From contig OY970173.1 in the NCBI GenBank assembly GCA_963707635.1, positions 2,400,001 through 2,464,000 of the forward strand: a stretch of 64,000 bases of DNA, read 5' to 3'. The position numbers and the translations under genes are program-made. The notes beneath the pieces are model-generated. The model had not been told where the DNA came from, made no database searches, and saw only the letters and a program-made list of their open reading frames with translations. Positions 39,878 to 49,469 of this stretch are shown in pieces (positions within the stretch are counted from its first letter, which is position 1; each line of letters begins with the position of its first letter). Source of the DNA: Candidatus Latescibacterota bacterium (lineage in GTDB: Bacteria; Krumholzibacteriota; Krumholzibacteriia; WVZY01; JAKEHA01).

Positions 39878-40969
39878 CTACAAAGCCGGTTGCACGGACG
39901 GCTTCAAGTCGATTCCGGGTCCGCTCCATACCGTCAGGCGCGGGCCTTCATAGCCGTACCCGCCCTCGTGGGGGTCGGCGTCCATGAGCAGCGGCGTGTC
40001 GAGATCGAGGTGGTCCACCCCGCCGAGCCCGAGCGCCAGCGCGTACGAGAACGACATCGCCAGGCGGGTCTCCATCATGCCGCCGACCATGAGGCCCAGC
40101 CCCGCCTTGCGCACGGCGCGCGCGATCGCGATCGTCTCCGCCAGACCGCACTTCATGATCTTGAGGTTGACGCAATCCGCCGCGCCGGCAGCAATGACCG
40201 CGTGCGCGTCGTCGAGGGTGAAGACCGATTCGTCGGCCGCGATCGGAGCCACCCGCGCGGCTCGCAGTCCGGCCATGCCCTCGAGGTCGCCGCGCGGCAG
40301 CGGTTGCTCGATGAGCCGGATCCGTCGCTTCAATGCGGCCACTCCGTGCACGAATGCGTGCGCCTGCGACCGGTCGAAGCCCTGGTTGGCATCGAGGACG
40401 AACGAAACGTCGGCAAATCGTTCGGCGAGTCGGGCGACCCGTGCCACGTCCGCGTCCACGTCGCCGCCCACCTTGAGTTTGAAGGTCCGGAATCCGCGCC
40501 CGTGCCACTGCGCCGCCAGTTGATCGACCCGCGCCTCGTCCAGTATCGGTATGGTGATGTCGGTTTCGCGCGCGCGCACGTCGGCGCCGCCGAAGAAAGC
40601 GTAGAGCGTCTGCCCGCGCAGGCGGGCGAGCGCGTCGACCACGGCGCATTCGATTCCGGTCCGCGCGGCGGGCTCGCCCGGCGCCCGGGCCGCCAGGGTG
40701 GCGCCCAGCGCGGGCCACTCTGACGCGCGCGCGCCCACGACGGTGACGCCCAGCCGGCGCGCGGCCTCGAGGCTCGCGTCGCGGGTTTCGCCGGTCAGGG
40801 CTTCGAAGGGCGCGATTTCCCCGAACCCCACCACTCCGTCCGCCAGGCGCACCCGCACCACGGCGACTTCCGCTTTCGCCAGCGCGCCGCGCGCAATGAC
40901 GAATCGGTCGGTCAGGGGAACGTCGAGGGGCCAGACCGCTACGGCCGTGATCGCGTCGGGGTGGGTCAT
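39878..40969 (-). CDS. L-Ala-D/L-Glu dipeptide epimerase (enolase superfamily)
   Basis: FKLKVG, DANQG, IEQP, ADES, NLKIMK, DLD motif. Confidence 0.88.
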   Translation of the reverse strand: MTHPDAITAVAVWPLDVPLTDRFVIARGALAKAEVAVVRVRLADGVVGFGEIAPFEALTGETRDASLEAARRLGVTVVGARASEWPALGATLAARAPGEPAARTGIECAVVDALARLRGQTLYAFFGGADVRARETDITIPILDEARVDQLAAQWHGRGFRTFKLKVGGDVDADVARVARLAERFADVSFVLDANQGFDRSQAHAFVHGVAALKRRIRLIEQPLPRGDLEGMAGLRAARVAPIAADESVFTLDDAHAVIAAGAADCVNLKIMKCGLAETIAIARAVRKAGLGLMVGGMMETRLAMSFSYALALGLGGVDHLDLDTPLLMDADPHEGGYGYEGPRLTVWSGPGIDLKPSVQPAL

Positions 40970-41025
40970 GGGAGATCCGAACGCGGCGCGCACGAGGACG
41001 CCGCGGGGTTCCAATCCGTCAGGAT

Positions 41026-41060
41026 TTTCGCCGTTAAGACTTTCGCCGCTAAGACTTTCG
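41026..41060. repeat. 15-bp tandem repeat (2.3 copies) duplicating a gene end
   Basis: TTTCGCCGTTAAGAC TTTCGCCGCTAAGAC TTTCG. Confidence 0.85.
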
Positions 41061-41963
41061 AAAGATGCGCCCGAACTCTTCCGCCAGCTCGAACGACGCG
41101 TCCACCGAACGCGGGTTGCGCGAATCGAGGTACTCGACGTTGACACCCAGCCGATCCTCCGGAAACCCGATCTGGGTGGCGAACGACGAGAGCCGGTCCC
41201 ACACCCCGGTCAGACACGAGATCGACGCCTCGCGCATGCTGCGCGCGCCTTTGAGCATCCTCTCGACGTCGCGGGGCATGAACACGCCGAGCGTCTTCTT
41301 GGCGAAGGTGATGTCCTCGGGTGCCACGAACGGCGAGAAGGTGAGGAACACCTTGGGCAGCTCGGACACCTCGAGCCGCTGCACCAGATCGAGCAGCAGA
41401 CAGCACATCCACTCGCTCTCGTATAGAATCTGCGTGCTGAAGAAGCGAAACCCGTGCGCCTGGATCTTCTGGATGACGCGATCCACTTCGTCTTCGGAGG
41501 CGGGGCGGGCGACGAACTGGCGCCGTCGCGTCGGGATGATGATGCCGCCGCAGCGAAAGCCGCGCGCGGCGGCGAGTGCCGCGGCCGCGCCCAGCGTCAG
41601 CGCGCCGTCCGGATAGGCCTTCGCACCCGAATCTCCACCCACCACGAAGATGTCCCGGCACCCGATCGCCGCGGCGCGGTCCAGCCACACTTCCATCTCG
41701 GCGGGGGTGACGCCGGCAGCCACCTTGTACAGGCTGAGCGGCTTTTCGGTCAGCTCGCGAATCCAGCGCGCGAATTCCTCGTTGGGGACGCGCTCGCGCT
41801 CGCGCTGGAACTCGCCCGAGTCCTGCAGGTCGGGGACGCTCACGGCGTGGAACGAGTTGTAGCACGCGAAGCTCTGGCGCAGGACGGCGTACGCCTTGTC
41901 GCGGTCCGCGAGCGGCGGCGGACACGCCTCCAGGATGACACGAACGTTGGTAATTTCGGACAC
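41049..41963 (-). CDS. Methylenetetrahydrofolate-reductase-like protein (resembles the mycobacterial type)
   Basis: LEACPP, FVVGGD, GGIIIPTR, FSTQILY, FLTFSPF; start uncertain. Confidence 0.6.
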   Translation of the reverse strand: MSEITNVRVILEACPPPLADRDKAYAVLRQSFACYNSFHAVSVPDLQDSGEFQRERERVPNEEFARWIRELTEKPLSLYKVAAGVTPAEMEVWLDRAAAIGCRDIFVVGGDSGAKAYPDGALTLGAAAALAAARGFRCGGIIIPTRRRQFVARPASEDEVDRVIQKIQAHGFRFFSTQILYESEWMCCLLLDLVQRLEVSELPKVFLTFSPFVAPEDITFAKKTLGVFMPRDVERMLKGARSMREASISCLTGVWDRLSSFATQIGFPEDRLGVNVEYLDSRNPRSVDASFELAEEFGRIFRKS

Positions 41964-42246
41964 GTCAGTCGACAGCAGACACCGGCGTCGGGCGGGCGCT
42001 CCCCCGGCCTTCAGGGGGGCGTAGCCACGCCGCAAGAGGCGGTAGTATGCGTGAAGTCGCGCGAATACTACTGCACGCGACCGCGGGGCACAACAGGAAA
42101 CCCGGGTGGGAAAAAGCTCGGGTCCGGCGCGTCAACCGACCCAGAACGGACGAGGTGGGTCCGCGTAAGCATCGATTCTCCAATCGACTCGCCGGTGGCA
42201 CGCGCGTTGCCCCGTACCCTGGCGGTGGTCCGCCGCCACCGTCACG

Positions 42247-45200
42247 ATGCACATCCGCCCAGTCATCGCCGCCGCCCTGGTGGCGGTCGCGCTCGCCGCC
42301 GACCTCCACGCCCAGACCCTGCCCGGGGGATTCTACGTCGAGAATGCCGCTTCCGGCGCGACTTTCGACACGCCGGTCGCGGTGGCGTTCGCGGCGGATG
42401 GCCGCGTCTTCGTGGCGGAAAAGTCAGGCGTGGTCTACGTCATCCAGAACGGGATCAAACTCGCGGCGCCGTTCATCGACCTCTCGTGGGACGTGCTGAA
42501 CCACCACGATCGGGGACTGCTGGGCATCGCCCTTGACCCGAGTTTTACGACCAACGGCCATGTCTACTTCCTCTATACCTTCGACTGGAACCAGGCCGGC
42601 GACACGCAGCGCACCGACGTGCCGGGTCGCCTCGTCCGTTACACGGCGAGTACAGCCAACCCAAACCTGGCCGACATCAATTCGCGGCTGGTGTTGCTGG
42701 GAAGCTCGTTTGCGAACGCGATTCCCGCGTGCTACTTCTCGCACGCGCCGGGTGCCCTGCGCTTCGGCACGGACGGCACCCTGCTGATCGCGGCCGGCGA
42801 CGGTGCCAGCTACAACGAGGTGGACCCGGGCGGTCTGTACCCGGACTGCTTCGGGTCCGGAAAGCTCCCGACCACCCAGGACATCGGTGCGTTCCGCGCC
42901 CAGTGGATTCAGAGCTACGCGGGCAAGATTCTCCGCGTCGATCCGGCGACGGGCAACGGGCTCCCGTCGAATCCGTATTACACGGGTAATGCCGCCGACA
43001 TCCAGTCGAAGGTGTGGGCGTACGGCCTGCGCAACCCCTATCGTTTCGGCGTACGGCCCAACGGCAGCGGGAATCCCGCCGACGGCAACCCGGGTTCCTT
43101 GTATATCGGCGACGTGGGCTGGAACACTTACGAAGAAATCAACGTCGCGCGCGCCGGTGGCGGCGAGAACTTCGGCTGGCCGTGCTACGAGGGCCCGAAT
43201 CCAAACGGCGCCTACCAGGCCGCGAACCCCGCGCACCACGGCTGCGCGACGATCGGGACCCCGCAGAATCCGTCGCCGCAAGTCCCCCCGCTCACCTACT
43301 GGCACCACGACAACGGCGGGCTGTCGTTCCCGCCCGGTGTCACCGGCGCCACGTCGATCGGCGGCGCGTTCTACACCGGCACGAAGTACCCGCCGTCGTA
43401 CCAGGGCGCCTACTTCTACGGCGACTACTCCGGCCAGTGGATCAAGGCGCTGGTGGTCAACACCAGCGACGATTACGTCTCCCAGTCCGACTTCGGCTCG
43501 TCGATGGGAGGGATCGTCGACATTCAGTACAACCCGGTCGACCAGTACCTCTATTACATCGATATCTTCAACGGGCAGGTCTTCCAGATCCGCCACGTCG
43601 ACGGAGACGCCAACAGCCCGCCAGTGGTGAGCGCGGCCGTCACGCCGCGCTGGGGCTACGCGCCGCTCCTGGTCCAGTTCGACGGAACCGCGTCGTACGA
43701 CCCGGATCAGGACCCGATCACCTTTGCATGGGATTTCGGCGACGGGGCGAGTGCCACCGGCGCCGTGACGTCCCACTCCTACGCCACCAACGGGACCTAC
43801 GTAGCCACGCTCACCGTGCGCGACGACTTCGGTGCCACCGCCACGGGGGTGGTCTCCATTTCGGTCGGCAATACCCCACCGCACGGGATCATCCGCTCCC
43901 CGGATAATGGCGCCAGCGCCTCGGTCGGTGACCAGATGCTGCTCTGGGCCCAGGCGACCGACGCCGAGTCGCCGGGGCAACTTTCCTTCCACTGGGAAGT
44001 GATTCAGACCCACAACCATCACGACCATCCGAACTTCTTCACCGCCGACGGTCCGATCGCGCAGTTCTACATCGCGGAACACGGACTCCCGAACGAGGTG
44101 AACTTCCTGCGCGTCGAACTGCGCGTGACCGACGCCGGCGGCCTGACCGACACCAGCCGGGTGTACATCGCGCTCAATCGCAACGGCGAGGCCGACATCA
44201 CGGACGAGGGCGCGGCCGGAGCACTCGTCACTTCGCCCGGCGGGTCCGGCAGCCCCGACCTCGCGGTGATTCACGACGGCGTGTTCCCCCCGGCCGGCAG
44301 CGGCGACCCGCTCGCGCAGTACGACACGTTCACCGACGGATCGCCGCGCGCACAGGACTGGGTTGAATACACCTTCCCGGGAACGCGCTATTTCTCGAAG
44401 CTGGTCTTTCAGGAGGGAATGCATTTCCCCAACGGAGGGTGGTTCGAAGCGCCCGGAGTCGAAGTGTTTGCCGACGGTATCTGGTCACCGGTCGAGTTCC
44501 TCCAGGCGGTCCCGCCCTACCGCGGCAACGACGGGGTCAGTTACGACATTTACGCCCTCACGTTCAAGGCGCACGCCGGAACCGGGATCCGCCTCATCGG
44601 GGCCCCGGGCGGGTCCGGCGACTACATCTCGATCGGCGAGCTCCGGGTCTTCGAGATCCCGCGCGCCCAGTTCAGCGCTGACACCCGAGCCGGCTCCAAC
44701 CCGCTCACGGTCCACTTCACCGACGAGTCGAACGTGACCGAACCCGAATCGTGGCTGTGGCGCTTCGGCGACGGCGCGACCAGCACCGAACAGCACGCTG
44801 CCCACGTGTACACGGTGCCCGGTCCCCACACGGTGAGCCTGACGGTGACGAGTGCGCAGGGCACCTACTTCGAGGAGAAACACGCGTACATCCTGGTGGG
44901 AGCGCCAGGGCTCGCCGCGGAGTACTTCGACGATCTCGGCCTGGCGACTCCCCGGCTGGCGCGTATCGACGCGGCGATCGACTTCAACTGGGGTACCGCT
45001 TCGCCCGACCCGTCCATCGGCGCGGACTCGTTCTCCGTGCGCTGGTCCGGATGGCTCCAGCCGCGGTACACGGAGACCTACCTGCTCCGCACGACGACCG
45101 ACGACGGGGTTCGCCTCTGGGTTGACGGTGCGCTCGTCATCGACAAGTGGGTCGATCAGTCCGCCACGGAGTGGAGCGCGTCGCTTCCACTGGTCGCCGA

Positions 45201-46269
45201 CGAGTTGCACGAGATCCGGATGGAATACTATGAGAAGGGAGGGGGCGCCACTGCACGGCTGCGATGGTCCTCGCCTGGCCAGGCGCTCGAGGTCATTCCG
45301 CAGTCGCGGCTGTGGGCGCGCGAGTGCGGAGCCGGTACCGGCGACATGGACGGCAACGGCACGCTGACCCCCGGCGACGCGTTGTGCGCGTTCAGCACAT
45401 TCTTGAACGGCCAGACGGTGCCTCCCTCGTGCGACGCGGCGAATTACGACTGCGAACGGGCGGCCGCGGACACCGATTGCAACGGCGCCGTCACTCCGGC
45501 GGATGCGCTGGCGGTCTATCAGCACTACCTCGCCGGACTCCCGCTCCAGATCTGCCTGGGACAGGCTGCGCCGGCGTCCTTCACGTCCAGCGTGGCAACG
45601 CCCCGGGTGTCGGTGGCGGTCGTGTCGTCGCCGGTCGACGGCTCGGTAGAGGTGTCGGCCACGGCGCTGGACGCGAGCGGGCTCGACGCCTTCGGCGCAC
45701 GCGTGGTCTTTCCCGCCGACGAGTTCACCTTCGATCGTCTGCTGCCCTCGCCGGATACCGGCGACTGGCTGATGCTGGACGCGCGGGCCACCGTCGCCGG
45801 GTCCGCTCAGGTCGGCGGCTGCAACCGCCACGGCCTCGGCAGCGAACCCGCGGAGCTGTTCCGGGTACGACTCCTTCCCGCCGGTGCCAACGCGCAGGCG
45901 AGTCACATCGTCGTTACGGATTTCGTCGACGACCTCGCGGGCGCCGTCGTGACCGATGCCCCCCCATCCGCGGCGCCGTCATCCGCGTTTCGCCTCCACC
46001 AGAATCGCCCGAATCCGTTCAACCCGGTCACGCGTATCTCCTTCGAAGTGCCCGCCGGCGCGGGGCGGGTGCCGGTCCGGCTGGCCGTGTACTCGGTGCG
46101 CGGCGAACTCGTGCGGGTGCTCGCGGACGGCGAACGCGCGCCCGGACCCTACGAAGCCACGTGGGACGGCCGTGACGAGCGCGGCGCGCCCGTGACCTCC
46201 GGCATCTACTTCTACCATCTGCGCGCCGGGACGTATTCCGCGTCGCGGCGCATGGTGCTGCTCAAATGA
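42247..46269 (+). CDS. Secreted modular protein: PQQ sugar-dehydrogenase propeller, PKD domains, PA14, dockerin-like, cohesin-like, FlgD-Ig tail
   Basis: RGLLGIALDP, GKILRVD, GLRNPYR, GDVGW; WDFGDG and WRFGDG; DSFSVRW, DDGVRLW; GDMDGNG..DTDCNG; NRPNPFNP..RMVLLK. Confidence 0.85.
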   Translation: MHIRPVIAAALVAVALAADLHAQTLPGGFYVENAASGATFDTPVAVAFAADGRVFVAEKSGVVYVIQNGIKLAAPFIDLSWDVLNHHDRGLLGIALDPSFTTNGHVYFLYTFDWNQAGDTQRTDVPGRLVRYTASTANPNLADINSRLVLLGSSFANAIPACYFSHAPGALRFGTDGTLLIAAGDGASYNEVDPGGLYPDCFGSGKLPTTQDIGAFRAQWIQSYAGKILRVDPATGNGLPSNPYYTGNAADIQSKVWAYGLRNPYRFGVRPNGSGNPADGNPGSLYIGDVGWNTYEEINVARAGGGENFGWPCYEGPNPNGAYQAANPAHHGCATIGTPQNPSPQVPPLTYWHHDNGGLSFPPGVTGATSIGGAFYTGTKYPPSYQGAYFYGDYSGQWIKALVVNTSDDYVSQSDFGSSMGGIVDIQYNPVDQYLYYIDIFNGQVFQIRHVDGDANSPPVVSAAVTPRWGYAPLLVQFDGTASYDPDQDPITFAWDFGDGASATGAVTSHSYATNGTYVATLTVRDDFGATATGVVSISVGNTPPHGIIRSPDNGASASVGDQMLLWAQATDAESPGQLSFHWEVIQTHNHHDHPNFFTADGPIAQFYIAEHGLPNEVNFLRVELRVTDAGGLTDTSRVYIALNRNGEADITDEGAAGALVTSPGGSGSPDLAVIHDGVFPPAGSGDPLAQYDTFTDGSPRAQDWVEYTFPGTRYFSKLVFQEGMHFPNGGWFEAPGVEVFADGIWSPVEFLQAVPPYRGNDGVSYDIYALTFKAHAGTGIRLIGAPGGSGDYISIGELRVFEIPRAQFSADTRAGSNPLTVHFTDESNVTEPESWLWRFGDGATSTEQHAAHVYTVPGPHTVSLTVTSAQGTYFEEKHAYILVGAPGLAAEYFDDLGLATPRLARIDAAIDFNWGTASPDPSIGADSFSVRWSGWLQPRYTETYLLRTTTDDGVRLWVDGALVIDKWVDQSATEWSASLPLVADELHEIRMEYYEKGGGATARLRWSSPGQALEVIPQSRLWARECGAGTGDMDGNGTLTPGDALCAFSTFLNGQTVPPSCDAANYDCERAAADTDCNGAVTPADALAVYQHYLAGLPLQICLGQAAPASFTSSVATPRVSVAVVSSPVDGSVEVSATALDASGLDAFGARVVFPADEFTFDRLLPSPDTGDWLMLDARATVAGSAQVGGCNRHGLGSEPAELFRVRLLPAGANAQASHIVVTDFVDDLAGAVVTDAPPSAAPSSAFRLHQNRPNPFNPVTRISFEVPAGAGRVPVRLAVYSVRGELVRVLADGERAPGPYEATWDGRDERGAPVTSGIYFYHLRAGTYSASRRMVLLK

Positions 46270-46279
46270 GGCCGGAGCG

Positions 46280-48106
46280 ATGAGAACGACGATCCTTTTC
46301 GCCGCCGTCGGTGTCGTCCTCGCGGCGTCCGTCGCACGCGCGCAGATTTCCGTCAACCCGGCCGCATCGACCGCCGGCTCCGGCGGTCAGTACGCCTACG
46401 TCGCGCTCGACCTCGACAACCCGGCGGGGACACCGATCGATGCGTTCGGCTTCCAGATCGCGTATCCGACGAACCTGCTCACGTTCCAGTCGATGTCCAG
46501 CGCCGCGACGCTGACCCAGGGCTGGTTCGTCGTCTCGGGGTCCGAGAATTCCCCCGGTGTCGTGCAGGTCGGAGGCTTTCACTCGACGGCGACCACCGGC
46601 ACGGGCGTGCTCGTCTACGCGGTGTTCCTGGTGAAACCGAATGCGCTCGGCACCGGCGCCATCGCGCTGTCCGACTTCGTCGACGACTTCGCCGGTGCCA
46701 CCACCGTGAACGGTGTCTTCCAGGCGGGTGTCGCGCCCGGCGCCGCGGGGTTGCTCGGACACTACTACGACAACATCAACTTCACCGGCGCGTTGCTCAC
46801 CCGCGTCGATCCCGTCGTCAACTTCGACTGGGCCAGCGGCGCACCCGACCCGTCGATGGGAATCAACGATTTCTCGGTTCGGTGGACGGGCTGGGTACGG
46901 CCCGCTTTCACCGAGACCTACACGTTCTACAGCCAGACCGACGACGGCGTACGCGTGTGGGTAAACAACCAGCAGATCATCAACCACTGGGTCGACCAGT
47001 CCGTCACCGAATGGAACGGGAGCATCGCGCTCACCGCCGGAGCGCTGGTGCCGATCACGATGGAGTTCTACGAACGCGGCGGGACGGCGGTGGCGCGGCT
47101 CCTGTGGTCCTCCCCGAGCCTCGCGAAGCAGGTGATTCCCAGTTTGCGACTGCAGGCGACGCCGTGCGCGCAGGGCGTGGGCGACGTCGATGGAGACGGC
47201 CTCCTCGAGACGAGCGACGCCGTCTGCGCGTTCAGCGTGTTCCTGGAAGGCCAGCAACTCGCGCCCGGGTGTGACTATTCGACCAACGCGTGCGAGCTCG
47301 CCGCCGCCGACGCGAACTGCGACGGCGAGGTGACCCCGGGCGATGCCCAGGCCATCGAGCAGCGGCGCGCGGCCGGCCTTCCGCCCGCCGCGTGCTTCGC
47401 CACCGCGGCGGCGCCGGCCCAACCTCTCCAGCTTGCGCTCACGCAGGATGTGGTCGACGACGCGGGTACGCCGCGCCTTCTCGTCACGATCGCGGCGCAG
47501 GATGCGGCTGGCCTCGACGCCTTCGGCGGCAGACTCGTCTTTCCGGCGGCGGAGCTAACGTTCCAACGCGTCGAGTCCGGGTATGCCACCCGCGACTGGC
47601 TCGCCGTGGACGCGCGAATCGCCGACGCCGGTCAGCTTCGGATCGGCGGGTACGAACCCGTGGTCGCGGCCGAACCCGGCCCCGCTGTCATCTGCCACCT
47701 TTATTTCGACTTCAGCGGCCCGCCCCACGTCGTCGGCGGGCTCGCTTTCTCCGATCTGGTAGACGACTTTGCCGGGGCGACGATCGTGGGCACGGTCACC
47801 GCGGTGCCGTCGCTCACCGGCGAGTACCGACTGCACCAGAATCGGCCCAACCCGTTCAACCCGTCGACCCAGATCCCATACGAGGTGGCGGGCCCCCGCT
47901 CGGGAGAACACGTTCGCATCGCCATCTACGACGTGCGTGGGGCACTCATCCGCCTCCTGGTCGACGCCGACCACCCACCCGGCTCCTACCTCGCCACCTG
48001 GGATGGGCGTGCGAACGACGGGGCCGAAGTGTCCTCGGGAGTCTATTTCTGCTCGATGCGGGCGGGAGGGTATGCGCAGTCGCGTCGGATGGTCCTGCTC
48101 AAGTAG
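46280..48106 (+). CDS. Secreted modular protein: cohesin-like, PA14, dockerin-like, cohesin-like, FlgD-Ig tail
   Basis: Signal peptide; IDAFGFQIAYP; DFSVRW, DDGVRVW; GDVDGDG..DANCDG; LDAFGGRLVFP; NRPNPFNP..RMVLLK. Confidence 0.83.
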   Translation: MRTTILFAAVGVVLAASVARAQISVNPAASTAGSGGQYAYVALDLDNPAGTPIDAFGFQIAYPTNLLTFQSMSSAATLTQGWFVVSGSENSPGVVQVGGFHSTATTGTGVLVYAVFLVKPNALGTGAIALSDFVDDFAGATTVNGVFQAGVAPGAAGLLGHYYDNINFTGALLTRVDPVVNFDWASGAPDPSMGINDFSVRWTGWVRPAFTETYTFYSQTDDGVRVWVNNQQIINHWVDQSVTEWNGSIALTAGALVPITMEFYERGGTAVARLLWSSPSLAKQVIPSLRLQATPCAQGVGDVDGDGLLETSDAVCAFSVFLEGQQLAPGCDYSTNACELAAADANCDGEVTPGDAQAIEQRRAAGLPPAACFATAAAPAQPLQLALTQDVVDDAGTPRLLVTIAAQDAAGLDAFGGRLVFPAAELTFQRVESGYATRDWLAVDARIADAGQLRIGGYEPVVAAEPGPAVICHLYFDFSGPPHVVGGLAFSDLVDDFAGATIVGTVTAVPSLTGEYRLHQNRPNPFNPSTQIPYEVAGPRSGEHVRIAIYDVRGALIRLLVDADHPPGSYLATWDGRANDGAEVSSGVYFCSMRAGGYAQSRRMVLLK

Positions 48107-48143
48107 GCGCTCGTCTCCGGTCGGGGCGCGGCGGCAAAGAAAA

Positions 48144-48219
48144 TGGTGCGAAGGGACGGAATTGAACCGCCGACACAGGGATTTTCAGTCCCTTGCTCTA
48201 CCAACTGAGCTACCTTCGC
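48144..48219 (-). tRNA. tRNA-Phe(GAA)
   Basis: GCGAAGGTAGCTCAGTTGG...AGGGA-CTGAAAA-TCCCT...GTTCAATTCC...CCA. Confidence 0.95.
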
Positions 48220-48319
48220 ACCTGGGAATGGGATTCTGGAGCACTGGATCGTAGGAGAACGGGACCGGCCCCGTCAACCGGAATGCGTTTGGCGCCGCCG
48301 GCGCGGGCCCCTCCGGCCA

Positions 48320-48355
48320 CAAAGACACGGCGGGGCCCCCGAGGGGGCCCCGCCG
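48320..48355 (-). terminator. Intrinsic terminator of the porin-cytochrome operon
   Basis: CGGCGGGGCCCC-N4-GGGGCCCCGCCG followed by TGTCTTT on the minus strand. Confidence 0.65.
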
Positions 48356-48390
48356 CGCGGGAAACCACAATTCACGGATCTGCGCGTCGT

Positions 48391-49428
48391 CTAGCGCGAG
48401 CCCTCTCCTCCGTCTTCCTTGCGCGCCGCAATCGGTGCCGGCGGCGGCGGCGGGTTGTTGTTCAGGTAGTCGATCGCCGACAGCAGGAGCCCGCTCATGT
48501 ACTGGCGGTTGTGCACGCCGATACTCCGGTCCTCCTCGACCAGCAGGAAGTTCCAGATCGCCCCGGCCTCGTCCGAGGTTCTGGTTCCGGCCGTGGGCAA
48601 GCCGGTCGAGGCATTGAGGAAGCCCCGCCCGACGAGGAGGGTGCGCAGCGAATCCACGAGTTCGGCGGTCTCGGTCTGCACCCCATCGATGTCAAAGTTG
48701 GTCGTGGTGCCGTGGCAAGGCACACAGGCAGCGGTGTTGAGGATCTCGCCCTCCTCGTCCACCCAGCGCATGTTCCAGGTGTGACCGCCCACCTTGCTGT
48801 TCCGCGTGTATTTCATGTGACAGTCCCAGCACCCGTTCTCGGTGGCAGAACGGTGCTCGGTTTGCTGGTACGAGTAGCCCGCATACTCGTATCCGTTCGA
48901 GCCCATGATCATGTCGCCCTGCACGCTGTGGTGGGGACCCCAGCGATTGTTGGCGATGGTGACGGTTCCGCCCTCCACGTACGTTTCGACATTCTCGCGT
49001 GCGTGGTGGCACGAGGCGCACAGGTTTCCGAAGCCGAGGTCGAACTTGAACCCGTTCTGCAACGCCTGCGTCTCTGTCACGCGGAGTCTGAAGTCGCCGT
49101 TGGTGTGCGGCGCGTGGCAGGTGAAGCAGTGGATTGCGGTGGGGTTATCGACGTTGGCCGGCATCGTCCCGGTTTCGATCCGCGACACAAACCCCTCGCT
49201 GGTATGACACCCGTTGCACGGCGTCGTGCTGCGGTTGGTGTTGAGACTGCTCCCGTGAACGGAATGCTCCCATTGCAAGGTATTTGCAATGATCTCCGTG
49301 TCCTGGTCCGAGTGACAGTTGAAACACGTTTGTGGAGTGGTGTCCTCGGCCACGGTCGTCACGCTACGGTCACACGCGTAGAGCGACGCCGCGGCTGCGA
49401 CACACACCCAGATTCGAAGTTGTTTCAT
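48391..49428 (-). CDS. Hexaheme c-type cytochrome lipoprotein
   Basis: Lipobox LYA-C; 6 CxxCH (CFNCH, CNGCH, CFTCH, CASCH, CWDCH, CVPCH); C-terminal DRSIGVHN. Confidence 0.88.
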   Translation of the reverse strand: MKQLRIWVCVAAAASLYACDRSVTTVAEDTTPQTCFNCHSDQDTEIIANTLQWEHSVHGSSLNTNRSTTPCNGCHTSEGFVSRIETGTMPANVDNPTAIHCFTCHAPHTNGDFRLRVTETQALQNGFKFDLGFGNLCASCHHARENVETYVEGGTVTIANNRWGPHHSVQGDMIMGSNGYEYAGYSYQQTEHRSATENGCWDCHMKYTRNSKVGGHTWNMRWVDEEGEILNTAACVPCHGTTTNFDIDGVQTETAELVDSLRTLLVGRGFLNASTGLPTAGTRTSDEAGAIWNFLLVEEDRSIGVHNRQYMSGLLLSAIDYLNNNPPPPPAPIAARKEDGGEGSR

Positions 49429-49469
49429 CGTGGTTTCCCTCCTGCAGCGCCGGCTCATCGCCGGCTGTC

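Noticed and set aside
42247..48219. Genomic island integrated at tRNA-Phe
   Set aside because: I found no duplicated tRNA 3' end, integrase or obvious compositional shift
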